A stretch of 64,000 bases of DNA, from contig NC_043015.1 in the NCBI RefSeq assembly GCF_006345805.1, positions 24,738,001 to 24,802,000 of the forward strand, given 5' to 3'. The DNA is from Octopus sinensis. Taxonomy: Eukaryota. The notes below the pieces were generated by a model that saw only the letters and a list, made by a program, of their open reading frames with translations, searched no databases and was not told where the DNA came from. Position 1 is the first letter of the stretch, and every line of letters begins with the position of its first letter. The translations under genes and the position numbers were made by a program. Shown in pieces: positions 50,286-64,000 of the stretch.

Positions 50286-51160
50286 GGCTGTCAAAATAAA
50301 GGTTTCGTATTCATACATTTAGGCAGATTTAATGGGGTGATGGTGGGGGACGTTTTTTTGGGTAAGCAGGGCACATACTGTCGTCTATGGGAGTGGTCAA
50401 CATAATCAGAATAAATAAATAAATAAATGAGTAAATAAATAGAATAATTGAATAGAGTTTTAGGTAAATTAGAAGACTATTGCTTTTAGTCAGTTGTGGT
50501 TGTTGTTATTAAGTTGAGGGAAGAAATAGATAAATGAAAAAACATATAAATTAAATATACACACAAACCCTCATACATACACATGCGAATATCCATATAT
50601 ATACATATGCCCATGTATATACATACAGGCACACACTTACTTACATACACATAAATACACAAGCACATATATATACATATATAAATATATATATATCTAC
50701 ACAAATACATATATACATACATACATATATATATATTTATTTGTATGTAGGTGTACATGTATGTGTGTGTATTTATATTTATTGGTGTATATGTATAGAC
50801 TAGCCTTCTAAGAGTGTAGACATGAATCTGTAGGTACGCGTACGTATGGGTATATACGTGAATGTATGTAGATGTATGTATGTATGAATATAACGCGTGC
50901 GTGCGTGTATGCGTATGAGTGTACGAATGAGTGAGTGTACGTGCTAAGAGTTGTGCGTGAGTGAATGAGAAGGTTTTCCAGTAGCCGGATAAAATGGTCT
51001 GGCTGTCATAGCCAAGATGTTTGTGACCAAGTGGCCAAAGATAACAAAGATAAACGAAGATAATAAAATTAAAATTAGGGAATGGGTCTGTATTTGTATA
51101 TGTATATATATATGTGTGTATGTGTAGGTATGCATGGGTACACATATGTATATATATGTG

Positions 51161-51193
<33 letters not shown>

Positions 51194-51838
51194 TATATAT
51201 GTATATGTATGTGTATGTATGTATATATATGTGTATGTATGTGTATGTGTGGTGTATATATATGTGTGTATGTGTATATATGTGTATATCGGGACTAGTG
51301 TGCTGTGTGTGCATGTGTGTGTATGGATTTGGGTGTGTATGCGTGTATGTGAGTATGGTGTGTGTATGTGTATATATATATTTTTCTGTGTGTATATGTA
51401 TGTGTGGTCGGGGTGTATATATACTGTGTGTATACGTGTATGCAAGTGAGTGTGTGTATGTATACAATATATGTGTATGTGTAGATATGTATATGTATGT
51501 GTGAGTGTATATATGGGGATGTGTAGAGGTATAAGTGAGAATCTCCTTATTTACCTAAAACTCTATTCCCCCTTTATATATATATATTATATATATATAT
51601 ATATTTTTATTTTTATTTTTATTTTTATTTTTTTATATTTTTATTTTTAATTTTTTATTTTTATTTTTTATTTTTTATTTTTTATTTTTTATTTTTTATT
51701 TATTCTCCTATCTAATTTAACACTGACTCTTGACCACTCCCCCAAGTATGATTTTTTGCACTATGCCTACCCCCAAGTCCCCCACCAACACCCCTTTAAA
51801 TGCCTAAATGTATAAATGCCAATACAATCTTGTTAACT

Positions 51839-51889
51839 AGCTTCCTGAAGATTTCTCTTGAATGAAACAGTTCTAGTCCTGTAGAAGCT
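51839..51889 (+). ncRNA. Type I hammerhead ribozyme
   Basis: agcuuc-CUGAAGA-uuuc-ucuu-gaau-GAAA-cag-uucuaguc-cug-UA-gaagcu. Differences from the 56650 copy fall only at N7 and in the stem II/III loop regions. Confidence 0.72.
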
Positions 51890-51905
51890 CCTTCTAATAA
51901 TAAAA

Positions 51906-51940
<35 letters not shown>

Positions 51941-52610
51941 TATATATATAGATATACACATATATATATACACATATATACACATACATCCAAATACTCA
52001 TCACTTAAACACGCAAAACGCACGCACTATATATATATACACATATATATACCCATGTATGCATATACACATATAATAGTTTATCTCCTAATCTTCCACC
52101 CTTATTTATTTTTTATTTTTATTTCCTTTCTCTATTTGTCTAATCCCCCTACTCCAAACACATGAGACACACACACACACACACACACCTACACACACAC
52201 ACACCTACACACACACACACAAGAAACCCACACGTACACACAGAGACGCACAAACAGACCTCCACAGTACAATCATACAAGTAGCTGAAGTTTTAGCTGA
52301 CATCTTCAAATATAAGATGTATAATTTATGACCTGCCTACCAATGACCCACATTCAGTGACGCTAGATTAGACAAAATCCAAAAAGTTCCTAGAATTCCC
52401 CTTGGGGTTCCAGGGCCTGGCCAGAAGGGATTCTTCTTACTATCCCTCTACCCTTCCTTTCTATTCAGTACCCACGTATGGATACAAACGCATACACTCA
52501 CAACACACACACACTCCCGCGCACCTCATACAAACACATACACACAGGTTCTCGTCACTCATTTCCTCCTCATCTGCTTATAATATGCATATATCTCTCT
52601 CTACATGCAC

Positions 52611-52641
<31 letters not shown>

Positions 52642-53128
52642 AATACACACATGCATACATACATAAATGTACCCACGTTCACATAAACATATACATAACC
52701 ATGCATATATAAACATACATATATAAACGTACTTCTGTACACATAAACACATAGTATCTGCCCGCTTATATAAATGCATAGCACATATAAAACCATAGTG
52801 CATATAAATATACATACGCATATATACGCATCCATATGCATATAAATAACCATATGCACACATGCATGCATACCCTAGACGTAAAATGCATACATGCAGT
52901 TATACATACACACACACATATCATACTGACTACATACACATACACACGTACATACTGTACATATTGACACATATACACATACATATATACCCATACAAAT
53001 CTACGAGTCCAAATATATATACATATTATATCTACACACATAATATATACTTATATCCATATATGCCCATACAAAAATCTACAAGTCCATATATATAAAT
53101 ATACACATTATATACATATATAAAATAC

Positions 53129-53174
<46 letters not shown>

Positions 53175-53831
53175 TACATACACATATGTACTTACACACA
53201 TACACAAACATATACTCATACATTATAATATATTATATATACATATCACATATACATATATATATATATATATATATAATATTATATATATATATATATA
53301 TACACACATGTACATGTACATAATAAGCATAAACACACATAAATAAATATCTGCCTGCTTATAAAACGCATATGCACATATAAAACCATATGTGCATATA
53401 AACATACATACGCATATATACGCATCCATATGCATATAAACACATGTATGCACACATGCATGCATACTTGCATACATAAATGCATACATGCATATACATA
53501 CATACATATACATATATATATATACATATATATATATACATAAATACACATACGCATACATATAAATACATACAAGCATACACACACATACACAAACACA
53601 TATACATATATACATACATAAACTTATACATGTATATACTCATACTTACACATACACATACACACACACACATATATATATATATGCATAAATACACACA
53701 TGCGTACATATATATACATATACACCTACACATACATACATACACACACATATATACAAACATATGCACATATACACACATACATATACACACACATATA
53801 CATACACATATACATACATATACATATATAC

Positions 53832-53868
<37 letters not shown>

Positions 53869-54108
53869 CATACATATATATATACACATACAAAAACAAA
53901 AACATGCACACATGTACACATACACACGTATACACGCCTACACATACACATGTACATACACAAATGCACACACATACAACTACATATATACACTCTTATA
54001 CATACATGTGCACACATACACATGCCAACATCCATATAATATGTATATATATGTATATGCTTGTATACTTGTGTATGTGTATGGGTGTATGTATATATAT
54101 GCTATATA

Positions 54109-54152
<44 letters not shown>

Positions 54153-54434
54153 TGTATGTATATATGCGTATATATGTATGTGTGTGAATGTATGGACTTG
54201 TAGACCTTTATATGTATATATAGGTGTGTGTGTTTGCGTGTGTGTTTGCGTGTGTGTGTGAGTGTGTGTGTTTGTATGTGTGCAGATATGTGTATGTGTA
54301 TTTATATATGCATATGCTTATGTATGTATATGTATATGTATATATATATGTGTATATATATACATATATATTTGTGTATGGGTGTAAGTACATATGTGTA
54401 TGTATGTATGTGTGTATATATATGTGTATGTATA

Positions 54435-54506
<72 letters not shown>

Positions 54507-55057
54507 GTATATATATATATATGGACTTGTAGATTTTTGTATGGGTGCATGTGTATATGTGTATATATATGTGTGTATGTATATGTATATATATATGGAC
54601 TTGTAGATTTTTGTATGGGTTTGTGTATGTGTATGTGTGTAGATATGTATATGTATGTATGTGTACGTATATGTATGTAGGTGCATGTATGTATATGTGT
54701 GTATGTATGTATATGCATGTATGCATTTATGTATGCAAGTATGCATGCATGTGTGCATACATGTATTTATATGCATATGGATGCGTATATATGCGTATGT
54801 ATGTTTATATGCACATATGGTTTTATACGTGCATATGCGTTTATATAAGCAGGCAGATATTTATTTATGTGGTTTATGCTTATGTATGTACATGTATGTG
54901 TGTTGTATATATATATATATTATATATATATATATATTATATAATATATAGTATATGTATATGTATATATATGTATATGTATGAGTATATGTTTGTGTAT
55001 GTGTGTAAGTACATATGTGTATGTATATATGTGTATATGTATTATATATATATATAT

Positions 55058-55096
<39 letters not shown>

Positions 55097-56165
55097 ATAT
55101 ATATATATATAGATATATATGTGGACTCGTAGATTGTTTTTTGTATGGGTATATATGTATGTGTATATGTATAGATATGTACATGTATGTACGTGGACGT
55201 ATGTGTATGTATGTGCATGTATGAATATGTGTGTGTGTATGTATAGGCATGTATGCATTTACGTATATGGGTATGCATGCATGTGTGCATATGTGTATTT
55301 ATATGCATATGGATGCGTATATATGCATATGTATATTTATATGCACATATATTTTTATATGTGCATAATCGTTTATATAAGCGGGCAGATACTTATGTGT
55401 TTATGTGTACAGAAGTACGTTTATATATGTGTGTTTATATATGCATGGTTATGTATATGCTTATGTGAATATGGGTACATTTATGTATGTATGCATGTGT
55501 GTATTTGTGTATGTATATATATATATATATATAATATATATATATGTGCATGTAGAGAGAGATATATGCATATGTATAAGCAGATGAGGAGGAAATGTGT
55601 GAGAGAACATGTGTGTATGTGTATGTGTATGAGTGTGCGCGTGAGTGTGTGTGTGTGAGGTGTGTGCGTTTGTATCAGTGGGTACTGAGATAGAAAGGAA
55701 GGGAGAGGGGAGTAGTAGAAGAATCCCTTTTGGCCTGGCTGGAACCCCAAGGGGAATTCTAGGAACTTTTGGTGTTCCTGTAATGTGTGTCAGTGTGTAG
55801 GCAGGTCATAAATTATACCTCTTATGATTTTGAAGCTGGTCAGCTAAGAACTTCAGCTACTTGTATGACTGTACTGTGGAGGTATGTGTGTGCGTCTCTG
55901 TGTGTATGTGTGCGTTTCTTGTGTGTGTGTGTGTAGGTGTGTGTGTGTGTGTGTGTGGCTCTATGTGTTTGGAGTAGGGGGAGAGACAAATAGAGAAAAG
56001 GAAATAAAAATAAAAAATAAAATAAGGGTGGAAGATGAGGAGATAAAATATATATATATGTGTGTGTGCATATGTGGGTATATATATGTGTATATATATA
56101 TGTTCGTGTGTTTGCGTGTTTATGTGTATGAGTATTTGTATGTATGTGTATATATGTGTATATAG

Positions 56166-56219
<54 letters not shown>

Positions 56220-56649
56220 GTATGTATGTATATATGTATTTGTGTAGATATATATATATTTATATATATGTGCTTGTGTATTTATGTGTATGTAAGTAAG
56301 TATGTGCCTGTATGTATATACATGGGCATATGTATATATATGGATATTCGCATGTGTATGTATGAGGGTTTGTATGTATATTTATTTTATATGTTTTTTC
56401 ATTTATCTATTTCTTCCCTCAACTTAATAACAACAACCACAAACTGACTAAAAGCAATAGTCTTCTAATTTACCTAAAACTCTATTCAATTATTCTATTT
56501 ATTTACTCATTTATTTACTTTATCACTGATTATGTTGACCACTCCCATAAGAACGACAGTATGTACCCTGCTTACCCAAAAAACGTCCCCCACCACCACC
56601 CCATTAAATCTGCCTAAATGTATAAATACGAAACCTTATTTTGACAGCC

Positions 56650-56700
56650 AGCTTCCTGATGATTTCATTTGAATGAAACAGTACTAGTCCTGTAGAAGCT
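56650..56700 (+). ncRNA. Type I hammerhead ribozyme
   Basis: Stem I agcuuc/gaagcu, CUGAUGA 56656-56662, stem II uuc/gaa (U.U closing pair, non-canonical), GAAA 56675-56678, stem III acag/cugu. Predicted GUA cleavage after 56694. Confidence 0.78.
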
Positions 56701-56797
56701 CCTTCTATAAAATAAATTAATTTACTCTGCAATGTATTGAGTACCTTATTTACTGTGGTTAACCCCGACTCAACCCGGTACCTATATATATAATATA

Positions 56798-56840
<43 letters not shown>

Positions 56841-56899
56841 CACACACACACTCACATATATATATACATATGCATATATATATATGTATATATATATAT

Positions 56900-56931
<32 letters not shown>

Positions 56932-57607
56932 ATATATAATATATATATACTAAGCAATAAAGGGTTTAGCAACGAATTGCCTTACCACATACCGAATTTA
57001 GAAATAGCAGTCAAAGAGTTATAGCTATTTCTTCTACTAAAAAGGGAGATCTCAGTAAAAACAGCAATATATATATATATATTTATATATGCATACATAT
57101 ATATATGTATATATGTATATATACACATACATTTGTGTGTATGCATATGTTTTTATGGGTGTTTGTATTTCATGTTGAATTTTTATGTCAATGACTCACA
57201 AAATCTCTGATAATCAATATTTTGCTAAATTTTGTAATATTGTCGAAATATTCCTGGTAACTGGCAACCTCATGAAAACCCTCCTCCTCCTTCTCTCTGA
57301 TTCACTCAGTTACTAAGGTATTCTTATTATAACCCTCTCCTTTCTAACATAGAATATTTTGCCTTATATGAATTGCCCCATTTTGCTTGTCATTTTTTTT
57401 TCCTCTCTGAAATAATTTACCAAGTGCTGAAAAGGCTCATGTCTTAGTGTTTAGGCAACCGGTCTCTTAGAATGTCATGGGTTCAATTCTCATCCCAGGC
57501 AGTGCATTACATTTTACTTCATGTTGCACCTGTCCTCCCACCATGCCTTACAAATACGGGTGTTTAATTTGTTAAAGCACCTAATTAAAGTCACTCTGTG
57601 GCAGTAA

Positions 57608-57822
57608 TAATCTTTTCTACTCTAAACACAAGGCCCGGAATTTTGGGGGAGGGGACCAGTTGATTAGATCGACCCCAGGACACAACTGGTACTTGATTTA
57701 TCGACCCCAAAAGGATGAAAGGCAAAGTTGACCTCGGCAGAATTTGAACTCTGAACATAAAGACAGACAAAATACTGCTAATCATTTCACTTGGCATGAT
57801 AACATTTCTGCCAGCTCGCCAC
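57608..57822 (-). mobile_element. SINE family A, full length
   Basis: Reverse complement of 888-1096. Confidence 0.85.
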
Positions 57823-59554
57823 TTTTGTGTAGCAGAAATAATGAGTTAATGGTATAAACATAAACAAAACCCTAACCCTAACTATAAACAAAAAGGGAAA
57901 TATATCTAACAGTGGACTGCAATATTCTGTCTCTGCCCTATTCTATATTTCCTTAGTATTTTAATTATAAGATCTGATTTGGTATGAAATTTGACTGGTA
58001 TTTCTGGCAGGTTGCACAACTATGTTGAGGCTTTATTAGTGTTGTAAGTTATGAAATTCTGTGAAAATATTGATAGAGCACCAGTTATATTTGATACCAT
58101 TTTGATTGGTTCCTTTTTATATTCATTTTGTTTTTATTTCATGACAGTACTAATTTTTTTCATTCCAAAAAACTACTTTATAAAAATCTTAATTTCTGAA
58201 TCATTTTAATAAATTTTTCAAATAGATGTATACAGATAGAGATTTAATTAATTAAATTTATATATTAAATGAAAATAAAAATAAAAAATGAAAACTATAG
58301 AAAGTAATATGATAATGGACCTACAAGAGAAATAAAATAGAATAAAACATGAAACCCAAAAAAAATCATACGTAAACACAATGGCCAAAACTAACAACAA
58401 AAAAAGAAAGAACCCCAAAAAATTATTGTTACAAGATCAATGAAATAAGATAAACTTTATTTCACTTTGAAATTTTCTGGTTTAAATTGAAAAAGAATAA
58501 CAAAAATAATAATTAGAATGTAAGTGAAGGGAAAAAAATTAATAATAATAATATGAATGTGAACATTGTATTTATCTGTTATTGATTATTGTATTATTAT
58601 TCTTTCATCTCCTCCCCTCGAGAATATGAAGTGGAACCGATGGCTGTCTGTAGCAGCAAATTGAACATCTATTGGAATAATTAATATTCTAATGATTAAA
58701 CATTTTTATTATATATTTTTGCCACTTTTACCATTAGTAGCAGCAAGAATGACAATAAGTGGGTGGGATGGAGGGGAACAGAAGAATATGAAAACAAAGG
58801 TGGAACTGGAAGCAATCATTAGCTACAACTATGGTCATTTTTCAAAGCAATAATTAGCTCCAGTTTCTGTAGAATGATGCAAACATTTTCTGATAATGTT
58901 GAAGAATTGCTTGTGACTATCAAACAGATTTGTTTTGAAATTCAGTTTAATGATGCCTTCAAAATAAACCAGCCATCATATTGATACTTAACACAAATCT
59001 TCTATCTTACATGGAATAGTTCTCTTCTCTTGTTTCATCATTAGAAATTCTCTGCTTTTTTTTCACTTTCCTTACAACTCTTCTGGTATGTGTGATTGTC
59101 TATTGTAAAACAGCAGATGTTTTTGTTTGTGTTTTTGTTTAGCTAAGATTATTAGCCGTGCTTTAATTCAGTGTCATTGTTTTGTCGACATTGAGATAAC
59201 TCGCCAAGGCAAACACATGAACACACAAAAGAAACAAAACAAGCAAAACTAAATCATAACCCATTTTAAATCTATCTCAACATGTTTTCTGTTGTTTTAG
59301 TCTTTTGGCCATTTCATTAAAGGACCTCTTGCCAAGATATCACTGTCTCAGCACCTAACAGATCATCCAATAATTTTTTAATCCATTAATTCCTCAAAGT
59401 ATGTTCCACGAACAAAGACAAAAATAAAAAAAAACAATAATGGAAAAACTGGAATTCCATAATATAAAATGTTTTTTCATAAAATCAGAGATTTATTTCA
59501 AATACTAAATGCTTTTTCAGCATTTTTAAAACAATGGATTTGTTTTATATGGGC

Positions 59555-59770
59555 AGAAGGATTGGTTGTATGGTAAAGAATTTTGCTTTGCAACCATATG
59601 GTTTTGAGTCCAGTTCCACTGAGTGGAAAATTAGGCAAGGATCTTCTATTATAGACCAAAGATAACCAAAGCCTTGTGAGTGAATCTGGTAGGCAGAAGC
59701 TTAAAGAAGCCCATCATGTACACACGTACGTACATACATACATACATACATCCATACATACATACATACA

Positions 59771-59800
<30 letters not shown>
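59555..59800 (+). mobile_element. SINE family B 5' half running into (TACA)n
   Basis: 'aaccaaagccttgtgagtgaatctggtaggcagaagcttaaagaagccc'; taca run at 59731-59800. Confidence 0.7.
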
Positions 59801-59806
<6 letters not shown>

Positions 59807-59841
59807 TATATATACCTATATGTATATATAATTCAAAATAA

Positions 59842-60232
59842 CATGTAGTAAATAAACATACAAATATATACTAAATACAGAGGTGAGCAGAAAGCAACTT
59901 CTCGTCAGTTATTTGCCAGAGGGTCAAACACAATTTTGACCATTATCGATAATACTGCTTCCACCCTGGAGGCACCAGCAAGGAACTTGCCAGGAATGGG
60001 TCTAAAACATAACAAAATAAAGCAACAAGGGACAGACTCAAGATGAGACCGTTAGTTGGTCCCATTCCTGGCAAGTTTCTTGCCGCTGCCACCAGAGTGA
60101 AAACATCAGTATCGATAATGGCTGAAATTGTGTTTGACCCTCTGGCCAATAACTAATGATGCGTTGATGACCTTCTGTGATTTCTGCTCACCTGTGTATT
60201 TAGTATTTGTTAATTTGTTTATTCACTATATG
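59842..60232. repeat. ~390-bp fold-back element (arms ~160-170 bp, ~60-bp spacer)
   Basis: 59842-60000 is the reverse complement of 60061-60232 (e.g. ccagagggtcaaacacaattt / aaattgtgtttgaccctctgg; cttgccaggaatggg / cccattcctggcaag). TA-rich flanks. Confidence 0.85.
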
Positions 60233-60290
60233 CTGTCTTTTTATTTCATCCTCAAAATATTTATGTAACACACGCTCTCCTTAATTTATT

Positions 60291-60330
<40 letters not shown>

Positions 60331-60894
60331 TATGTATGTGTGGGAATGTTTGAGTCTCCTAGTCTTCACATGGTATGAATATTGTAAATCAATGCTATTC
60401 ATTTAAAATATTCTACAAAAACATCATCTCTAGCCATGGGGGTGGGGCGATATTCCTTTCCTAGGAAATGAGTCACAGTTTGTGATGGGGAGGGTATCGA
60501 GTAGTAGAAAATTTGCCTCAGTAAACTCCATCTGACCCATACAAGTATAGAAAATGGAGCATTAAATCGATGATGATGATGATGATTAAACTACCTTAAA
60601 TAGTAGCAGTGATGTAGGATATGACTAAACATGAATTTTTTCATCATCATTGTCCAAATTTCAGATGTGTACAGGTATATAATTCTTTCCACTACAAGTA
60701 GATAATGCGCAAGTCTAGGTCTTATTTCATGTTCATAATCATGTGTATGTGTATCTAACCAAAGCATAGAGATAAGTAGAACCTTTGAAGTTAAACGTCA
60801 TTAAAGGTACACAGTAGAGAAACTCTTTGGATTGACTTTAGAGGTGTTGGAGTGGGATTACTTATTCCATCAGCTGTTTTGACTCAATTTAGCT

Positions 60895-61330
60895 CATGAA
60901 CGCCTTGGAAGAGGACCAATATGCAGTAAGCATTCTTTGAGGCAGATCGCCCTGCCAACAGCTTCAAATACTGTGCAAGATATCGGGGAGGCTTCTCTTT
61001 CTTCTCTGAGTATACCATAATAAATTGTTTGCCATGTTACCTTTGCCCTTTTGCCTTGATCTTTCCTGAATTCTATAGAATGAGTTTCAGTTATATAATA
61101 AAATTTCCAGAACAATCTATGAACCTGTCCCAATAACAATTGGCTTTGTAGCATTTGTAATGAGTGAGTGCTGAATGCTAGAGAAGTGAAACAATGTCTT
61201 ATGGTATGCATTTTCATTTCACATTACGCTGCATTCTCATATCATTCACATTGATTCCCAGATTCAACTTTGCATATGTCAATGCCCTATGTATCAGTCA
61301 CACACAGAAATCAATTCAATCCTTTATCAA
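60895..61330 (-). mobile_element. Possible very old RTE-like C-terminal remnant
   Basis: LLGQVHRL ... TIYYGIL loosely parallels the RTE W.GHV.RM ... I.YG.L motifs. Confidence 0.3.
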
Positions 61331-61741
61331 GGATTATTCAGTCAAATTCCTATTCATAAAACGAATCAAAAACTGACTGTTTCTAGGTTTTGAAATAAAA
61401 ATATTTTTTATCCATATAACCATTTATGCTGCCCATTATTCTGGGGAGCGTTGTCTAGGTAAGAGTCTTGAGACACCTCCCCTCCATAAGGTCCTCTCAG
61501 AAACAACTATCATTACACTTTCCTGCTAGATTCCCAAGTAGTACCACCTGGGACTATGGATGTTATGCATCCATCTTGTTCTCTGTCTCCTGCTCTACGT
61601 GTCCTGCTGGTCAGCTCAGCTTGAAACATCTCAGCTGTTATTGTTTCTTGGGACATTCTCATCACTTTCTACCATACAACTGGTGCTGTAACTTCTCAAT
61701 GTGAAGTAGTGACCCTGACTCAGAGATATTTTCATTCATAG

Positions 61742-62190
61742 TATTGGTTCCAAATTTTGGCCCAAGGACAATAATTTGAGGAGTGGAGCAAATAAATTAC
61801 AGTGACCCCAGTCATCATCATTATCATCATCAGGTAGCGTTCGTTTTCCATGCTGGCATGAGTTGGACAGTTTGACAGAATTTAAACTCAGACCGTAAAG
61901 ACAGACGAAATACTGCCATGAATTTTGCCCGACATGCAAACAATTCTGCAAGCTCACCACCTTATTTTCATTGTTAATATTGAGTACAAAGTTTTGCACA
62001 AGGCCAGCAACTTTGGGGGAGGGGATAAATTGATTACATCAGTGTTCAATTGATTCTTATCTTATTGACCCAAAAGAATAAAATGCAAAGTCAACCTCGG
62101 TGGAATTAGAACTCACAACATACGGACTGATTGAATGCTGCTAAGCATTTCACCTGGTGTGCTAATGATTCTGCCAGCTTGCTACCTTTT
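61742..62190 (-). mobile_element. Degenerate SINE family A copies (further copy at about 63085-63280)
   Basis: 'gcaaagtcaacctcggtggaattagaactc', 'gctaagcattt', 'gattctgccagc'. Confidence 0.65.
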
Positions 62191-64000
62191 TTATTCCTAA
62201 TATTGAACCTCAATTGAAATCAATACTTAAATTAAACATAGTGATCAATATATCCCATATCTGGTGATCTGTTGGTTCCGTTGCCAAGATTTCTAATTTT
62301 CATTGTGAATCTAGCAGAGTATCGGTATCATAGTTTCCATATTTCCACATTGTCTCTGCTAGTTTGAACATCCATTTCCAAATATTACAAATGATAACCC
62401 TTATTTCACATCTGTATTATTTTAATCGTATGGAGGAGTCACTATGTGAATATTTGACCAATAAAGAATATCTGCCAAATTTTCTTCAGTTTTTACTCAT
62501 AACCGTCTCAACACCTTTGCTACCATATTTCTGTTGAAATTCATTGTTTTTATTTTAATAAATTTTTAAGATAATGAAGAATTGTTTTGAAAAAACTTTG
62601 TCATTAATTAATTTGGTGTTTGGAACATGAATTAACAAGATGGGAAGTTTTAATTTAGATCACTTTCAAACAGGAAGTTGGTTTCATTCTACCAGGATTA
62701 GTCTTAAACAGTTTGGCATCAAAACATTTAGGCAAGTAAGTATGCGTTCATAATGGAGTCCTAGAAAACCCTAGCTGTAGTGGCCAGCATGATATGAACC
62801 CTCTATCAATTACATCACTGCCAAATGTAATCTCTGTTTATTCACTTTCTTGTGGCTTTGAGATTTCAATGTGATCATTTATTCTTAGTATGACATTGTA
62901 GGGTAAGTGTGAGAGGCTAGAAATGGCCAGTTTCAAGGCTAAAGGATTAGTTACAAGTTTATTCAACCATGATTGACTTTGGTTAAAGCACAATGACACT
63001 GTAAACATCCCCCACCCCAACACACCCAACCCCACTGCACGGGGCTTTATCCAGTCCAGTCTGCAATAAAAATGTGTTTCAAAGTTTGGCACAAACCACC
63101 AATTTGGCCGGGGGGGGGGGGAGAGGGATTGTCAGAGACATTTACCTGATCGGTACTTAATTATATCAAAAGTTTGAGATCACCTTGGCAGAATTTGAAT
63201 TCAGAATTTACTGAATTGGAAGAAATACCACTAAGCATTTCCTTTGATGCTCTACTGATTCTGCCAGTTGACTGCCTTAAACAAAAAGGATGACATAACA
63301 TCTGGATAGCAATAGCTATGACTTTCTGTCTGGACATTCTAGCATCCACCTACAAGCCATTGGTCTGATTCTACCACAGGCTCACCACACACTGCATGAC
63401 AACCACAACAGCCGATGAATGTCCAATTCCATTTGCACATTTACATTTGCACATGACCCCAGGGGATTACTGGGTCACAGTAAGAAATCCTAATAACTGC
63501 AATTAATTTTGTTCTCTTACACTCCTCAGTATGATCTCAAAACTGATGAGAGTTAGAGACTTTGGATAGGTCATGGTTGGAATATACTCGATTCTACTGG
63601 TAACCTCAATTAGAGCTGACCTGGAATTAAAAATAAGCAAACAAAAACAATGGGAACAGCTAGAAAGTGACCAAAGCTGTCTACATACTATTTGGTTCTA
63701 CTATAGTGTTAAATAGATATTAACAGATAGCAAGCAATTTACAGAGAAACATATCATTTCTATGACAATCGCTACAGCATATGAACTTTTCACCACCTTC
63801 TCCTCCTCCCTATTTCTATATCTATCTCCCCTCTTTCTCTCTCTTTCTCTCTCTTTTATTCTACTTTGTCATTTGACAGTTCAACATGTTACATTATTCA
63901 CACACAGGTATCCCTTTCTGGAATGACATCTCCCAAATTGACCACATTCTCAGCAATTTTCACCAATTTCTTCTAACACTGACATTAATAGGAATAGATT

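Larger units (their letters stand above)
50217..56716. repeat. ~6.5-kb nested inverted-repeat structure of microsatellite-rich DNA with hammerhead-bearing termini
   Basis: 50217-50730 is the reverse complement of about 56215-56716. About 51900-53700 is the reverse complement of about 54600-56200 (unique anchors in mirrored order). 51545-51900 is a noisy direct copy of 56465-56716. Confidence 0.88.

Noticed and set aside
50486-56447. Many long Y/I/H/T/C/V/M-rich ORFs
   Set aside because: They are translations of (TA)/(CA)/(TG) repeats, which rarely contain stops.
63908-63975. Possible minus-strand exon (KKLVKIAENVVNLGDVIPERDT)
   Set aside because: Weak acceptor and donor, no recognisable homology, and at the window edge.

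Overview
AT-rich, microsatellite-laden animal genomic DNA with no prokaryotic features. The SINE/RTE/microsatellite make-up resembles an octopod cephalopod (inference). Only one convincing host exon is visible: 107 bp on the minus strand (35940-36046), matching the ciliary coiled-coil gene CCDC39, so the window is probably two very large introns. These hold: a near-complete Penelope-like element (PLE; RT + GIY-YIG, direct pLTRs); RTE LINEs with a PHD finger inside the RT region; six R4/Dong-type fragments beside (AAT)n; a deleted mariner; a Helitron; a Helentron-type element; a Crypton-like hairpin element; piggyBac-like MITEs; and many tRNA-derived SINEs. The least-explained signal is a set of non-coding fold-back elements anchored in TA-rich DNA (240 bp to about 6.5 kb). 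They carry hammerhead-ribozyme cores or back-to-back tRNA-like heads and may be non-autonomous passengers of PLEs. Most short ORFs in the supplied track are microsatellite translations or antisense shadows. All calls are by eye; no searches were run.
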